64,000 bases of DNA from Selaginella moellendorffii (Eukaryota; Plantae; Lycopodiophyta): contig NW_003314308.1 in assembly GCF_000143415.4 (NCBI RefSeq), positions 62,001-126,000 of the forward strand. Reading direction: 5' to 3'. The notes under the pieces were generated by a model that did not search any database, was not told the DNA's origin, and saw only the letters and a program-made list of their open reading frames with translations. This document shows, one piece after another, positions 53,411 through 64,000 of the stretch. Numbering within the stretch: the first letter of the stretch is position 1; every line of letters starts with the position of its first letter. Position numbers and translations under genes: made by a program.

Positions 53411-54337
53411 ATGATTGAAAAAATGTTAATTGCTATATTGTTATTTTTAAAAAATTTAAGTATTTTCTCTGAAGATATTGATTATGAAATTGGTCCACTT
53501 AATGCTATAACTATTGAAGCAACAAAACTTATTTTAATTATGATTTCAAAAAAAATTAAAGAGATACCAGACAATATATTTCCTTTAGGTCAAAGTTTTT
53601 ATGGAGATATAACATTATCAAATTTAAATAATGATATTGGATTTGGTATTTTTGCATTAGATACAATTGGACATCTTTGTCATGTAGATGGTGATGGCCA
53701 TACAAATGTAGGACAGGCTGTAAGAAACACATTGTTTGATATTGTAAAACAATCTGTTCATAAAATATTAACTTCTTGTGCTTCATATATTATTATACAA
53801 ACAGACCAATTTGTTATCTACTATTTCATTAGAAATTATAACCCTTTAAATTTAGATGAGAAAATAAATACAAATACATATGGCTCAAGAAACCAAAAGC
53901 TTATGACATCAGAAGAAATAATAAGATGTGATATTTTTACATATATCTTAATAAGTGGTTATATTAATATGCCCCATCAATATTTATTACCAACACAAAT
54001 TTTAGTTTCCTTAAATCAAAAGGCACACTTATATTTAGATATTCATTGTAATTTAATATTATATGCAGGAAATAAAATTTTATGGTCAATTGAGACATCA
54101 AATAATGGCCTAAAATGTGTTTTAAGACTACAAGAAGATGGGAATTTAGTTCTATATTCTTCCAATAAAAGTGTTCTTTGGCATTCAGATACTTATTGTA
54201 ACTATCAAAACTGCCATGAAAATGCAGTGTTAATAATGCAGAATAATTGTAATTTAGTTTTGTATTTTTCATATCAAACAACATTAAGCACTAAGCCATT
54301 AACTCAATCTGTATGGGATTCAAAAACATTTTGTTAA
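53411..54337 (+). CDS. intronless bulb-type (GNA-like) lectin domain protein with an unknown N-terminal region
   Basis: 308-aa ORF with three lectin subdomains DIHCNLILY..LWS, QEDGNLVLY..LWHSDT and QNNCNLVLY..VWDSKT. TATATAAA at 53367 and AATAAA at 54361. Confidence 0.8.
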   Translation: MIEKMLIAILLFLKNLSIFSEDIDYEIGPLNAITIEATKLILIMISKKIKEIPDNIFPLGQSFYGDITLSNLNNDIGFGIFALDTIGHLCHVDGDGHTNVGQAVRNTLFDIVKQSVHKILTSCASYIIIQTDQFVIYYFIRNYNPLNLDEKINTNTYGSRNQKLMTSEEIIRCDIFTYILISGYINMPHQYLLPTQILVSLNQKAHLYLDIHCNLILYAGNKILWSIETSNNGLKCVLRLQEDGNLVLYSSNKSVLWHSDTYCNYQNCHENAVLIMQNNCNLVLYFSYQTTLSTKPLTQSVWDSKTFC

Positions 54338-54549
54338 ATGAGAGTTATACTAATTAATGAAATAAATGGTTTTATATATGTTTGATAATTTTAGTTTTTA
54401 ATAAATATATTGAATTTTAATAAAATTTTAATAATATTTTAATAATTCATTTAGACCTCAAGCTTTGGAACTTTCATGTATTTTACCAACGTCAAGAAAT
54501 TACAGGTTTACAAAGCTCGTTCCATGACCACATTGTGTATGGTATACGA

Positions 54550-54851
54550 GTACTTTAAGTACGCTACGTACGACTTCTACGACGTAAAAGAATTGGAGTG
54601 TACTACACATGGAGATAGTACAATGTCGTACACTGGGATATCTCAGCGAGAAAGAGAGGGAGGGCAAATCCTCTGTCTTGAAAGAAAGAGCAAGCAATTG
54701 CGTGATGTGAGGCGGAACGATCTTGTGTCTCTCACGACAATTTGGAGTGCGAGATGCGACAATGGGATCCAAAACGTTGTGATGTTTTTAAATCCGTTTC
54801 CATTCGCGGTGTACTACACGAGGTACTACAAATCTCTCGACTCTATATAAA
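54550..54851 (+). promoter_or_regulatory. MIR408 promoter: cluster of GTAC copper-response elements plus TATA box
   Basis: GTAC at 54550, 54559, 54568, 54600, 54618, 54628, 54811 and 54823. TATATAAA at 54844-54851. Confidence 0.8.
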
Positions 54852-55007
54852 TTGCGAGCTCTCGGCTCTTTTTTCTAGTAACTTTGATGATCAAGGAGAA
54901 GAAAAGGAAGAGTTTTGATGAATGATCTCCCGCTTCATCATCTGCGAGTTTCTTTCTTCTAGCGGATAGTTTCAGTTTTCTCGCGTGATTTGTGCAAGGA
55001 TTTAGCA

Positions 55008-55098
55008 GTAGCTAGGGAGAGACATTGCATGATAGCTACACCAAAGAGCAAGCTCGGCTCCTTGTGTGGCTTTGATGCACTGCCTCTTCCCTGGCTGC
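55008..55098 (+). ncRNA. MIR408: pre-miR408 hairpin (mature ATGCACTGCCTCTTCCCTGGC at 55075-55095)
   Basis: The conserved miR408 sequence lies on the 3' arm and pairs with gtagctagggagagacattgcat (55008-55030). Confidence 0.95.
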
Positions 55099-55249
55099 GG
55101 CCAAGTTACTTCCTCCTGTTTTTCCCAAAAGATATTCTAGTTTCTTTCCATGAATCGAAGCTCCACTTTTGATCCACGAGATCCACACCAGTTTTTCTCA
55201 ACAATGTTTGATCCACTTTTTGAGTGTCGTTTCACGGTAGCGAAACTTT

Positions 55250-55793
55250 NNNNNNNNNNNNNNNNNNNNNNNNNNNNNNNNNNNNNNNNNNNNNNNNNNN
55301 NNNNNNNNNNNNNNNNNNNNNNNNNNNNNNNNNNNNNNNNNNNNNNNNNNNNNNNNNNNNNNNNNNNNNNNNNNNNNNNNNNNNNNNNNNNNNNNNNNNN
55401 NNNNNNNNNNNNNNNNNNNNNNNNNNNNNNNNNNNNNNNNNNNNNNNNNNNNNNNNNNNNNNNNNNNNNNNNNNNNNNNNNNNNNNNNNNNNNNNNNNNN
55501 NNNNNNNNNNNNNNNNNNNNNNNNNNNNNNNNNNNNNNNNNNNNNNNNNNNNNNNNNNNNNNNNNNNNNNNNNNNNNNNNNNNNNNNNNNNNNNNNNNNN
55601 NNNNNNNNNNNNNNNNNNNNNNNNNNNNNNNNNNNNNNNNNNNNNNNNNNNNNNNNNNNNNNNNNNNNNNNNNNNNNNNNNNNNNNNNNNNNNNNNNNNN
55701 NNNNNNNNNNNNNNNNNNNNNNNNNNNNNNNNNNNNNNNNNNNNNNNNNNNNNNNNNNNNNNNNNNNNNNNNNNNNNNNNNNNNNNNNNNNNN
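55250..55793. other. assembly gap (N run)
   Basis: Ns in sequence; probably hides the last ATG2 exon. Confidence 1.
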
Positions 55794-55857
55794 CATTCTG
55801 AGTTTAAGAGTTTGAGTAACACTGTTTCAAGCGTAAGAAAGATAGAAAGTGACTTAC

Positions 55858-58800
55858 CCATTACGAACTCCCAGAAATGCATGACGTACGGCGTCCGCAG
55901 TAGCGGACGCAGGAGCAAGAATTGCTGCTGGCGAAGCCTTGATAGCATTCGCAAGAGCTTCTCCGGCGCCTCCACCTCGCTGATAAACTTTAACGGGATT
56001 CCCAACCAAGGAAATGGCTGTTCGTTCCAAACCTTGAGCTAAGCTCTCATAAGCCTGCCGAAAACCATCCCTTGTATGTGAAACAAAAGCCCTTAACGAA
56101 GTACCTGCTGGAAGCCCTCACGAGTATCACTTGGCTGGAACTTGCGCCTCGCATCCTTTCTATCCGAAGGTATGCGTCCGCCCAAGCCCATCTCTGTATG
56201 CAAAAGAATGTGATGGACTCCAGCAGCCAAATTTGCTCCCAGGCCCAATGCCTCCACAGAAATGCTCTGAAGGAAAGCCACAGCCCCTGCATGGCTCGAG
56301 TTTGAGACCGCTTCGGATAGAAGTAAAAAAAGACCATATACGCACCTTTCCTCATTCCCCGGAGAAATCTTCTGTCTTTCTTGTATTGCTCCGCTGGGAA
56401 AACTATCAGCTTTGCAGCGCCGGAGCTTACAGCATACAGAGGACGTATTGGTCCAAAGGCCCTCAGTAGCTTGTGGACTTGACGGGGAAATATATCCTCG
56501 AGCCATTCACCGAGTAACAAACCCATGAGACTGCTCCATCCATAGACCCCGGACGTATGCACAGACTTGAGATGGAGCTCCACACCCTGCATAAACATTG
56601 TTAACACGTTTGATTTGCAAGGAAACAGCAGTACCTTCCAGGACACCATATTAAAGAGCTCAAAACAATTCCCGCTTCTCAAGGCCCCAAAATCCAGCCG
56701 TCGCGGAATATAATCGACCCGTATTATCAAGGGTCGCATTTCACACACCTGCATGACAATCAAATGTAAAAGCAGAGTCGACATTCGTTCTTTGCTTTAC
56801 CTGAAAGAATGGTAAAATTGCATCTTCATTTGCACCAGGCAAAGAGGAAGAATCATCGTCAGTGTTCGTATCCGACTGAAAAAATTTGCCAAAGAAATCG
56901 ACATGAGCTTGGTCGAGATGTAAACATATAGGCAACAACGCCAGAGAGAGTCTGAAAAAAGAGAACGAAGAATTAAGAGATAAAAAAAAAGGAAGAAAAA
57001 GAATTGTCACAAACCTGTATTCTTCCAATGGAGCCAAGGGATTTGGCCTCACAGCATCCATACGAACTACAACAGCCTTAGAAGTGGACTCTCGTGGACG
57101 CGACCGCTTGTGATAATAGCCCAAGATCTGCACCATCCCACTCATTTAGAATAGAAAGAGTGAGAAAAGAAAAGCTTACCAGTTTCCAACGCGCGTCCAC
57201 ACTATAGTCGTAAACGTGAACGTCGTGAATCTCCACGAGAAGACTGGATGCATACAGCCCTGTTGGTGCAAAAGCATCGTACTGGACGTCCATTCCGACG
57301 ACCGAAACTTCCACACAGCGGTCCCTTTGCCTTGCATTCAGCCAGTCCGACCCTCCATATAGTCTCCACCGCACTTTCAAGCCATTGAGAATCACTCTGC
57401 CGAGAGCTTGCGGATAGTTCGCCTCCTTTCTGGCATTCTTTCTCGGGCTGACGCACTCCAACGGAACATGATTATCGAAAACATCCACCGGAGAATCTTG
57501 GTACCAGCTACCTCTCGACTCTGAATCACTGTGTTGAGATGTCGATGTTTCTGTTTCGCTTTCTTGACTAGAGGTTGGGCTCATATGCGGCGCATGCTCC
57601 ATCACAAAGAAGTCCTCGATAAAAGTGGGCTCACAGGCTTCCCCACGAGATCTCGTAGCAACCAGCTTCACTGACGCTTCTTGACGGACTGTACTCGACG
57701 TCGAGCACTCTACCTGCTTCACCTCAAGAACTTTCGCACAGCCAAAGGCGTTTTCCACCAGCCCCTCAAATAACCCGTCTGTGAGTTTGTCTGCAGGGTC
57801 AAGTGTTTGGTCTCCTTCATCTCCCGTGGACGACATATTCTCTGCCGACTTTCCTTTCATCGTTCGGAGTTGTAGTTCCACGGTCTGTTGCAAATCGGGA
57901 GCAAATAGTTGTTGCAAATCCGCCACAAGTCGACCAAACGCTGCAATAGTATCGGAGCAAGTATCAAAGTTGAGCTGATTATCAGCCGATATTACTTCGT
58001 AGCTCGGATTGTCGGTGCTGCTAAGCTTAACCAAAGCACCAACAACTGACGACTTAGCTACCTGTATAAGAACATCAACAATTAGCAAGCGTTATACTAC
58101 TGAAGGATAATACAAACCTGAACAAAGCCAAGCAGTTGTAGTGATGCACCTCCCATATCGCCAGGCTTTCTCAACTTCGTGTCCACGAGGTGAAGACCCA
58201 GATCTCTGAGAGAGATGCAATACTCCTGCGTATCACTGTCCGTAACCTCACCACTAGATACCCGTAAAGCAGCAGCAGCCAGAGCGCACGAGATTGAACT
58301 CGTCGGACCAACTGGTTCGTAGACCAACGCTACGTCGTGAAGATCAAACAGAAAGTATGGCCGTCGGGAAGGTTCAACTTGCTGGTCGCAATCCATCCTT
58401 TGGAACGCCCCTTTGCATTCTTCCAAGAACTTCACCACGGCCGGTACCCAGTCAAAGTTACCACCTTTAGTGAAAATAGTAGCACCACGCATGCAACCTG
58501 TTACGAGCACGTCTGGTTCTTGTCCGTTGCCAGGCCAAGCTACCAAGTTCATGCTCAGTCCTGCAGTGCCGCGCGAGAGTGCGTTCTGTGCTCCACCATC
58601 ACCACGACCAATAGCGGATGCTTTCCAGCAGACCACGGCATTGCGTCCGCCTTCGCGGATTTCCCCTTCACCAAGATTAATATGGAGATATAAAGCGCCT
58701 GGATCTCCACCTAGAGCCACCCCAGCAACAAGCTTGAGCCTTGAACTTTTGAGTTGCAAGAAGTCCGCCAGTCTCACCCCTTTGCTAGAAGTGTCGACAA

Positions 58801-61252
58801 ATCGAGAGACACCGACGACAGCTTGGACTTCACGAACTTCAAGTGTGAGTACCATCTGTGGAACTTGTTTAGTACAGGAGGACGCATCCGGCTCCGAACT
58901 TGTGAGACATGCCAAGAGCTCGAAGACTGCAGGTTGGTCCGAGAAAGTGAAGCGGAGACGTGGAAGAGAGATGTGTACGTTCGAAGAGGACGTTGCCGTG
59001 AGTAGCTCCACCGTTGCAGAAGTAGAGTCTGAACTCAAAGCAGTAGCTGACGCATAGTCGAAGTTGTGTCTTCCGGATCCTGCATGTTTTTTCTTGGTTG
59101 CAGCAATCCCATCCCAGATCTTCCTGGCAACCCTTGGCCCAGTCTTGTTGTTCTCGGTCCACTTGATAGTTACGCATGCTTTTCCCTGACTATCGCTTCG
59201 TAGTCTGACAACTTCAGCGTAAGTTGAGCTGGATATCGAGTAGAGCATGCCGTCGGTAACTGCCAAAGTTACGCTTTGAAGCTTCCCCCTGCTTCCTTTT
59301 TGATGTTCATAGACGAACACTTGAGCTTCTCGCTCACTGGTGAGTCCGACGTCTAAGAGAAATCCAGCCTTTCCCCTGTTAGCCGCAGTCAGGAATGTTC
59401 TCACTGACAGTACCGATAAGTTCAATTTGCAGTCACTTCTGACGGGATTTCCAACGTCTTCCTCTTGCCTGTTGCTACTCTCTGAAGAAGCTTGAACCCG
59501 ATCAAGAGTCTGGGCCAACTTGTTCAGATTATCAACATCAGTCCACAGTACCACAGGTTGCAGAACGAGCGAAACTTTCGTGCCAACGAAGCTTGCGTTT
59601 CCGGAACCAGCCCGATGATACTTTTTTAGAGCCAAGTGTACTGCAGGACTTCCAGGAGAAGATGCTACTTTGAAAACCTTCAGCCCACGGCCACCGTGAA
59701 GGCTAATAGGGAAACCAGGTAGCACCATCTGTGATATTCTGTCAAAGCACTGCTTCTGCATAACTGATGGCGCCAATTGAGTAGCCTCGATGAGCATCAC
59801 GTCCGCATCGACTCTGGATTCTTCTCCAGATAGAAGAGTATGCAGGGTTGCATCTTTGAAGACCAATTGTAGTCCATCCGGGACTTTGTCGTACAGCAAG
59901 GTAGCAGACAAGGAAGAAAATCTAGCAGTAATCGAGCATTCCATTTGTATCTCTGCATGAAGAAACGTTATAAATATAAACCACAAGCAGCAGCTAAAAC
60001 ACCTTGTGAAGTTCCAGCTAAGTCCGATACTGATGCCGCACCAAATGCTGATCGAGTCCAGTTCCAAATACCGCTGCTCGTTGCGCTTTGATTCCAAGCG
60101 TCAAAGCATTCAAAAAACTCGTCCATACTGCAATAACAAAAACGAAATATGAAATGAAGAAAGAGAGAAGCCATATGATGTATCGACTTACCTTGCGGCG
60201 AGATCAGGCTCGGAAAACTCAGGCTTCCGCATCCAATCGGCAATCACAGAGAGCGTAGACTTGCTGGTCGAAGGAAAAGAATCAAAGCCCTTGCCATCAA
60301 ACATTGACGACCTCTGTCCCTGGATAGCAGACTCGTAGAAGCTGCTTGTGTCATGGTAGACGGACTGATCAGCAAAATCGGAAGGCACGTAAGAATGCGC
60401 TACAGAGACGAGGTGGTTTACGTCTTCCACTGACGCCTCCAGCTGAACAGGCTCCACGGAGATGTCAAACTCGATCTTCGACAATGCCAACGCTGCCGCT
60501 TCCTTGCATGGGAGAGTCACTTGAATGGAGCCAGACAGCCCGTTCGTTCCCAAGAGACGCACTTTCCTCTCCGTCCCAACATCCACCGAAGCTCTCTCGA
60601 ACTCAATAACTTTCACCAGGTTGGAGGACTCGCCATCTTTCGCAGCTTCATAGCCATACTTCAAAGACGGCACCTGGAACGTGACATAGCTCTCCGAGCC
60701 AGTATTCCCTTCTATCCCGACCGTGACAGCATCAACGTTCACTCGAAGGCCGAGCAAAAGGTTCTTGATCATCTGGCCTATGATCCGGACTCCATCACTC
60801 ACTCCCAAGTACGTCGGAACACCTGTGTCGCTGCTGCTAATACCAGGCAGCTGGCTACTACTACACCCCAGGCCGCCTCCATTCGTGCTGGAACCTGGCC
60901 TCGACTCACCACTTTGACGAGGAGCCACCAAAAGCTCCAATCCCTTCACCTCGATCTCACACGGAAGTCTCACGACTATCCTCGCAATGGAGCCATACTT
61001 CAGGATCAATGGCAAGCTCTTTATCTGGAAGAAAGGAACGATCGGTGAGAACTTTCTTGTCTTTCCTTGTTTTTTTTCTCAGCTTACCTGATCGTTCACG
61101 TAATCGACATTGAGGACGAGATCCGTGAGCGTCCCTGTGCCACTGCCCAGCTGCACGTCCAGCTGCTCCACATCGATCTCCTCGTTTAAGAACCTATTGA
61201 GACGCTTGAGCAGAAATTTGCACAAGCGCTTGGTCGCCCACTGTAGCACCAT
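55858..61252 (-). CDS. ATG2: autophagy-related protein 2 (3' end in gap)
   Basis: Chorein-N start MVLQWATKRLCKFLLKRL..EIDVEQLDVQLGSGT. C-terminal motifs include IRVDYIPRRLDFGALRSG, WLEDI..QVHKLL, QPSDTREGFQQAYESL and ALANAIKASPAAILAPAS..LGVRN. Confidence 0.92.
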
Positions 61253-61665
61253 TGCCCCTGTCGCTCGCTTGCCGGGATGAGCAAGCAGGCGATTGAAAGT
61301 TCTGCCGGTGAAGCGCTATGGCGCAGCGCGGAAGCTGGCCTGCTAAGAAATCACAATGCCGCGATCGTCCTCCTCGTCGTCGGGAGACTCCTCACCCACG
61401 GATTTTTGCCTCACCATCAATCTCGAGCTGGAACGCGGCCAGCGCTTGCGATGCGAGAAATCGTTGCACGATCGCTCCCTTCCAGAAAACCCTATCAGGG
61501 GCAAGAAACCCTAAACATGGGTATGTCTCTTTTTTACCTTTGATGCCCTTCTTTACCTTTGATAAAAACGTTTCTATCTGTTTACCTTTGATAAGAAAGA
61601 AACGGTAATCAATGCAATTCTATAGCCATCTAGGTTAACGCATATTGGAAGTTTTGATAGGCGGC

Positions 61666-61945
61666 GTATGGTGTGCAATTTGTAAAAGGGTGGATTTTAC
61701 AATGGTGGATTTCATTCACACCATGTGTATGCCTTGTATTATGGGTGTGAAAAAAACACAGGCATAGAATCTTTTACGAATATCCAATCTTTATGCCCCG
61801 GATGGGGCATCATGCCCATAGCAATGACCCATGCTTTGTATGGAATGGAGCCATTCATGGCCTATAAACCCATTCATCCCATGCATTTTAGCAGGTTGTT
61901 AATGTTGCAAACCAAATGAACAATCTACCAAATTGCATACCATAC
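61666..61945. mobile_element. putative MITE upstream of ATG2
   Basis: 16-nt inverted termini gtatggtgtgcaattt / aaattgcataccatac with one mismatch, compatible with a TA TSD. The interior is non-coding. Confidence 0.45.
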
Positions 61946-62469
61946 TATTTTATCTAGAGTGCTATGTTCTCACATCTTGCTCTTGGCACTCATAGCAAAA
62001 GAATTGAATTATCTTTTTTTGGCACACCTCTTTTAACATAGTGTTCATAACAAGCGTAAGTGAATTCCATCTAACTCCATTGCAAAGCCATAGATATATA
62101 TTGTCTGGAGTCATGTCTCTAATGCATCCCATTGAGTTTATCCTTTGTTGCCATTGATTTCCAATATAACTCTCTCAACACTTTAGTTTTGTACTATGGT
62201 GCTTAGAAGATTTGCATATGACTCAAAAGTAGGTTGAAGTCTAACCAATTCAATGAATTGGTGGGGCTCATACTTCAATTGTGTACAATACAAAGGTGCA
62301 CAGTGTTGATGTTTGGACTTGGAGTTCTCTCAAGAAGAGCATGCTGAAAGAGATTTGAGAATGTGGAAGTTGCAATTGCATATAGTAATATTTAGAATAA
62401 CAATAGACACTTTCAATATTTTCCAATTATAATTGTTTCAAATTGGACCTGGAGTTCTCTCAAGAGGAG

Positions 62470-64000
62470 TGTGAAACACAAATCCCTAAGCCCCAAAGTG
62501 GAGCCGAAAGGGTGCCACATGGTAGTGGCCAAAGCGAAAGCCAAACAAGCAGAATATGTTTGGATTAAAAGCTTTAACTTGAAAGGTCGAAAGTGGGAGT
62601 GGAACTCCTAACGAAATGCTCGAGGAACAAGCACGAAGCGAGCAATAAGTGTGTCTTTAGAAAAAAGACATAAGAGGACCAACACATGACATGTGGAAGT
62701 GTCCGAGATGGAGTTCAAAAAGGAGTCCAAAATTGGAGTCCGAGATGAACCCAAGTTAGAGTCCGAGATGGAGTTCGAGATGGAGTCCGAGATGGAGTTT
62801 GAAATGGAGTCCGAGATGGAGTCTAAGATGGAGTCCGAGATGGAATCTGAGATGGACTCGAGATGGAGTCTGAGATGGACCCGAGATGGAGTCCAAGATG
62901 GACCCGAGATGGAATCCAAGATGGACCCGAGATGAAGTCCGAGATGGAGTTCAAGATGGACTTGAGATGGAGTCCGAGATGGACTCGAAATGGAGTCTGA
63001 GATGGACCTGAGATGGAATTTGAGATGGAGTCCGAGATGGACCCGAGATGGAGTCCAAGATGGACTCAAGATGGAGTCTGAGATGGACCTGAGATGGAGT
63101 CCAAAATAGACCCGAGATGGAGTCCGAGATGAAACCGAGACCGAGACTGAGACCGAGATCAAGTCCGAGTCTAAAACCGAGACCGAGACCGAGTCTGAGT
63201 CAAAGTCCAAGTCCAAATACTAATACAAGCTGTTGGGTGAAAGCCCAAAGCAATCGTCCCTCGGGGGGGGGGGGGGTTGCAGAAGGTTCAAAAGTATAGT
63301 AAAGAGAGTGTGGGGGTTGGAGCTTAGTAGAGCCAATTTGGTACCCAGGTGTTGGATGATGAGCTAACCACTGGGAAGTCCAAGAGTCGGCTCTAGTTCC
63401 CCTAGGAGATCAAATGATCAATGCTCCTAATCCAAGTGTGGATGGCACTACCTACTTGGATACCTGGCATGGCTTAACAGAACCTCACTCTAAGCCCATG
63501 GCTAGAGCACCCAAAGGCGGAAGGTGGGGAGAGTACCCAGGAGGCTCACGTAGGGCCACGGTGTTCCAAAATGTTATCTCAAAGTCCTAGACTATGAAGA
63601 GGAAAAAAAGCAATCCTTTGGTGTGGTGACTAAGGATGCAATCCTGTGGTAAAGAAGTCCCAAAGGATAGTGGGACTTAGTGGTCGAGCTTGTGGGCCTT
63701 GTCCCAGTGGTAGTGTTGGCAAACATGGCCATAGACAGAAAAGGGATTTGGTAGGGACTGTAAAAAAGATATTGGGGAAGGCTATTCTCCATGTCTAGGG
63801 GCATTCTAAGGATGCTAAGGAGTGGATCTGGGATGATCATTTATGGATAAATGACTCAATTTTTGAGAGATGGGACTATGATGTTGGTAGTGTTGGACCA
63901 CTAGTGTTACCAAGGTGAATGTCCTTAGCGTAATGGGCTGGTGTGTCGCTGGTACTTTGGGGTGTCAGTCTTAGGATTAGATATGTGAAGCACTTGGACC
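62470..64000 (+). mobile_element. LTR retrotransposon (gypsy-like), runs off the window end
   Basis: Begins with TG and is homologous in reverse orientation to 49130-51883 and 46696-48100. Confidence 0.7.
62690..63212. repeat. 12-nt minisatellite (GAGTCCGAGATG variants) grading into 6-nt GAGACC/GAGTCC units
   Basis: Dozens of units are directly visible. An eroded inverted counterpart lies at ~51400-51630. Confidence 0.9.

Noticed and set aside
54476-54850. 124-aa Tyr-rich ORF
   Set aside because: Better explained as the GTAC-rich MIR408 promoter.
55137-56042. Long ORFs containing X runs (also 48745-49143)
   Set aside because: Artefacts of N gaps.
62608-63299. Repeat-derived ORFs, or a CRISPR-like array
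   Set aside because: Minisatellite without unique spacers in a eukaryotic retroelement.

Overview
Eukaryotic plant nuclear DNA with compact genes, 50-70 nt GT-AG introns and decayed Ty3/gypsy islands. The gene style and content suggest a lycophyte such as Selaginella (inference). Recognisable spliced genes are the TFIIIC B-block-binding subunit (15555-21247 +), BRCC45/BRE (30762-32612 -), chloroplast GAPB (32875-34654 -), ALB3 (34971-37089 +, with an apparent 1-nt frameshift) and ATG2 (55858-61252 -, last exon in an N gap). There is also an intronless PPR gene (5536-6822 -) and a MIR408 locus with a TATA box and eight GTAC copper-response motifs. The first 22 kb is a rearranged triplication with one inverted copy. 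It keeps two intact genes for a secreted precursor with four exact 20-aa CC-x6-C-x3-C repeats, and shows reciprocal loss of the PPR and TFIIIC genes. Accessory regions hold an intronless orphan ORF with a PD-(D/E)xK nuclease-like signature (22517-23746 -), a young non-coding LTR element (39383-46690) and an extremely AT-rich, CpG-free bulb-lectin gene (53411-54337 +). Two assembly gaps are present. All identifications come from motif recognition by eye; no database searches were run.
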